From Hydrolagus colliei (lineage: Eukaryota), in the NCBI GenBank assembly GCA_035084275.1, contig CM068763.1:7874001-7938000 (forward strand): a stretch of 64,000 nt of DNA, written 5' to 3'. Made by a program: the position numbers and the translations under genes. The notes under the pieces were generated by a model. It did not search any database. It was not told the DNA's origin and was given only the letters and a program-made list of their open reading frames with translations. Numbering within the stretch: the first letter of the stretch is position 1; every line of letters starts with the position of its first letter. Shown piece by piece: positions 62,532-64,000 of this stretch.

Positions 62532-63716
62532 ATAGATTCATAGATTCATGGAATTTTACGGCACAAAAGGAGGCCATTCGGCCCATCTAGTCTGTGCCGG
62601 CTCTTTGAAAAGAGCGATTCAATCCCACTGCCCTGCCCGCTCCCCATAGCCTAATAGACCTGTTCTCCCTAAATAAAGATCTAATTCCCTTTTAAAAGTT
62701 GTTATCGAATCAGCCTCCACCACCTTTTCAGGCAATGCATTCCAGATTCGAACAACTCGCTGAGTGAAAAAATTTCTCCTCAGCTCCCCTCTACTTGGCC
62801 TTGAAACTATTTTAAATCTGTGACCACGAGTCACAGATTCGCCCACGAGTGGAAATAGTTTTTCTCTATTTGCCCTGTCGAAACCCCTCATGATCTTATA
62901 AACCTCTATTAGGTCTCCTCTCAATCTTCTCTGCTCCAGAGAGAATAACCCTAGCCTATCTAGCCTCTCCTCATAGCTGAAGTCCCTCAATCCTGGCACC
63001 ATCCTGGTAAATCTTCTTTGTACCCTTTCCAATGTCTTCACATCCTTTCTGTAGTGTGGTGACCAGAATTGAACACAGTATTCCAGCTGAGGCCTCACCA
63101 AACTTTTATAGATGTTAGTCAGCACTTCCTGACTTTTGTACTCTATACCCCTATTTATAAAGCCTAGTATCCCATATGCCTTCTTAACAGCCTTGTCTAC
63201 CTGTCCTGCCACCTTCAACGAGTCACTAACACAAATCCCCAGGTCTCTCTGTTCCTTCACACCATTTAAAATTGTACTATCTAGCCTATATTGCCTCCCT
63301 TCATTTCTTCTCCCAAAATGCATCACCTCACACTTCTTTGCATTAAACTTCATCTGCCATGTGTCTGCCCACTTTACCAATTTGTCTATATCCTCTTGCA
63401 GATGGCTACTATCCTCCTCACTATTTACTATTCTCCCTAACTTAGTGTCATCTGCAAACTTGGAAACTGTACTCCGTACACCCAAGTCCAGATCATTGAT
63501 GTAGATTACAAACAGCAATGGTCCCAAAACTGATCCCTGTGGCACACCACTGCTCACTTCCCTCCAGTCTGAAAAACAGCCGCTCACTACAACTCTGTTT
63601 TCTGTCTCGCAGCCAGTTGTGGATTCACGCTGCCACTGTCCCTTTTACGCCATGGGCCTTTAATTTCCTAATAAGTCTCTCATGTGGCACTTTATCAAAT
63701 GCCTTTTGAAAGTCCA
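62532..63716 (-). mobile_element. CR1-clade LINE 3' part with open RT/C-terminal ORF (62619-63587)
   Basis: SGVPQGSVLGPLLFVIYINDLD, KFADDTKLG, LVRPQLEYCVQFWSP, RRLRGDLIEVYKI, FFTQRVVRIWNALP; 3' end with an ATGAATCT-type tandem repeat. Confidence 0.93.
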
Positions 63717-63998
63717 TTTGTATTTGATATAGCACTTTTCACATCTTATTGACATCTCAGAGCTTCATAGAATATACTGTAAAGTGAATTGACTGTATAT
63801 GTGTGGGCAAAACACGGCATCCAACAGCGTCCCCACAAACAATCATGGATTGAAATGACCAATTTTATTATTGTGCTTTTTTTTTGACGGATTATTGGGC
63901 ATGTGGAGTAAGGAAACTTGCCTGATCTGCCTTGATTTGATCGTAGTTTTTCATACTTGTACGGCGCGTGCTCTAACCACTGAACTACAGGAGCTCCA
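63717..63998 (-). mobile_element. tRNA-derived SINE abutting the CR1
   Basis: Family tail, body and head on the minus strand. Confidence 0.85.
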
Positions 63999-64000
63999 GT

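Overview
Eukaryotic (vertebrate) genomic DNA, not prokaryotic. The repeat landscape suggests a cartilaginous fish, possibly a chimaera; this is inference, based on very dense tRNA-headed SINEs with Deu-domain-like bodies, L2 and CR1 LINEs, and Penelope-type palindromic elements. Four protein-coding genes lie on the minus strand: FAM110D (single coding exon, 4314-5336), PDIK1L (two coding exons, 341 aa, CpG-island promoter near 34.1-34.75 kb), PAQR7/mPR-alpha (51464-52522), and a four-exon gene (41307-43663, 190 aa) that the ORF track shows only in part. Spliced by hand, this fourth gene encodes a type III transmembrane adaptor with a juxtamembrane CxxC and tyrosine motifs, resembling the PAG1/LIME1 family. 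About 35 bp after its stop codon begins a young same-strand L2 LINE whose reverse-transcriptase frame is open for about 500 codons. That frame starts right at a textbook 3' splice site that is in phase with the adaptor's exon 3, so a membrane-anchored adaptor-RT fusion isoform is formally possible (unproven). The rest is repeats: roughly 25-30 SINE copies or fragments, many L2/CR1 fragments, two TA-flanked MITEs nested in SINEs, hairpins, mini- and microsatellites, and a 578-N assembly gap. No rRNA, true tRNA or CRISPR array was seen. Repeat boundaries are approximate.
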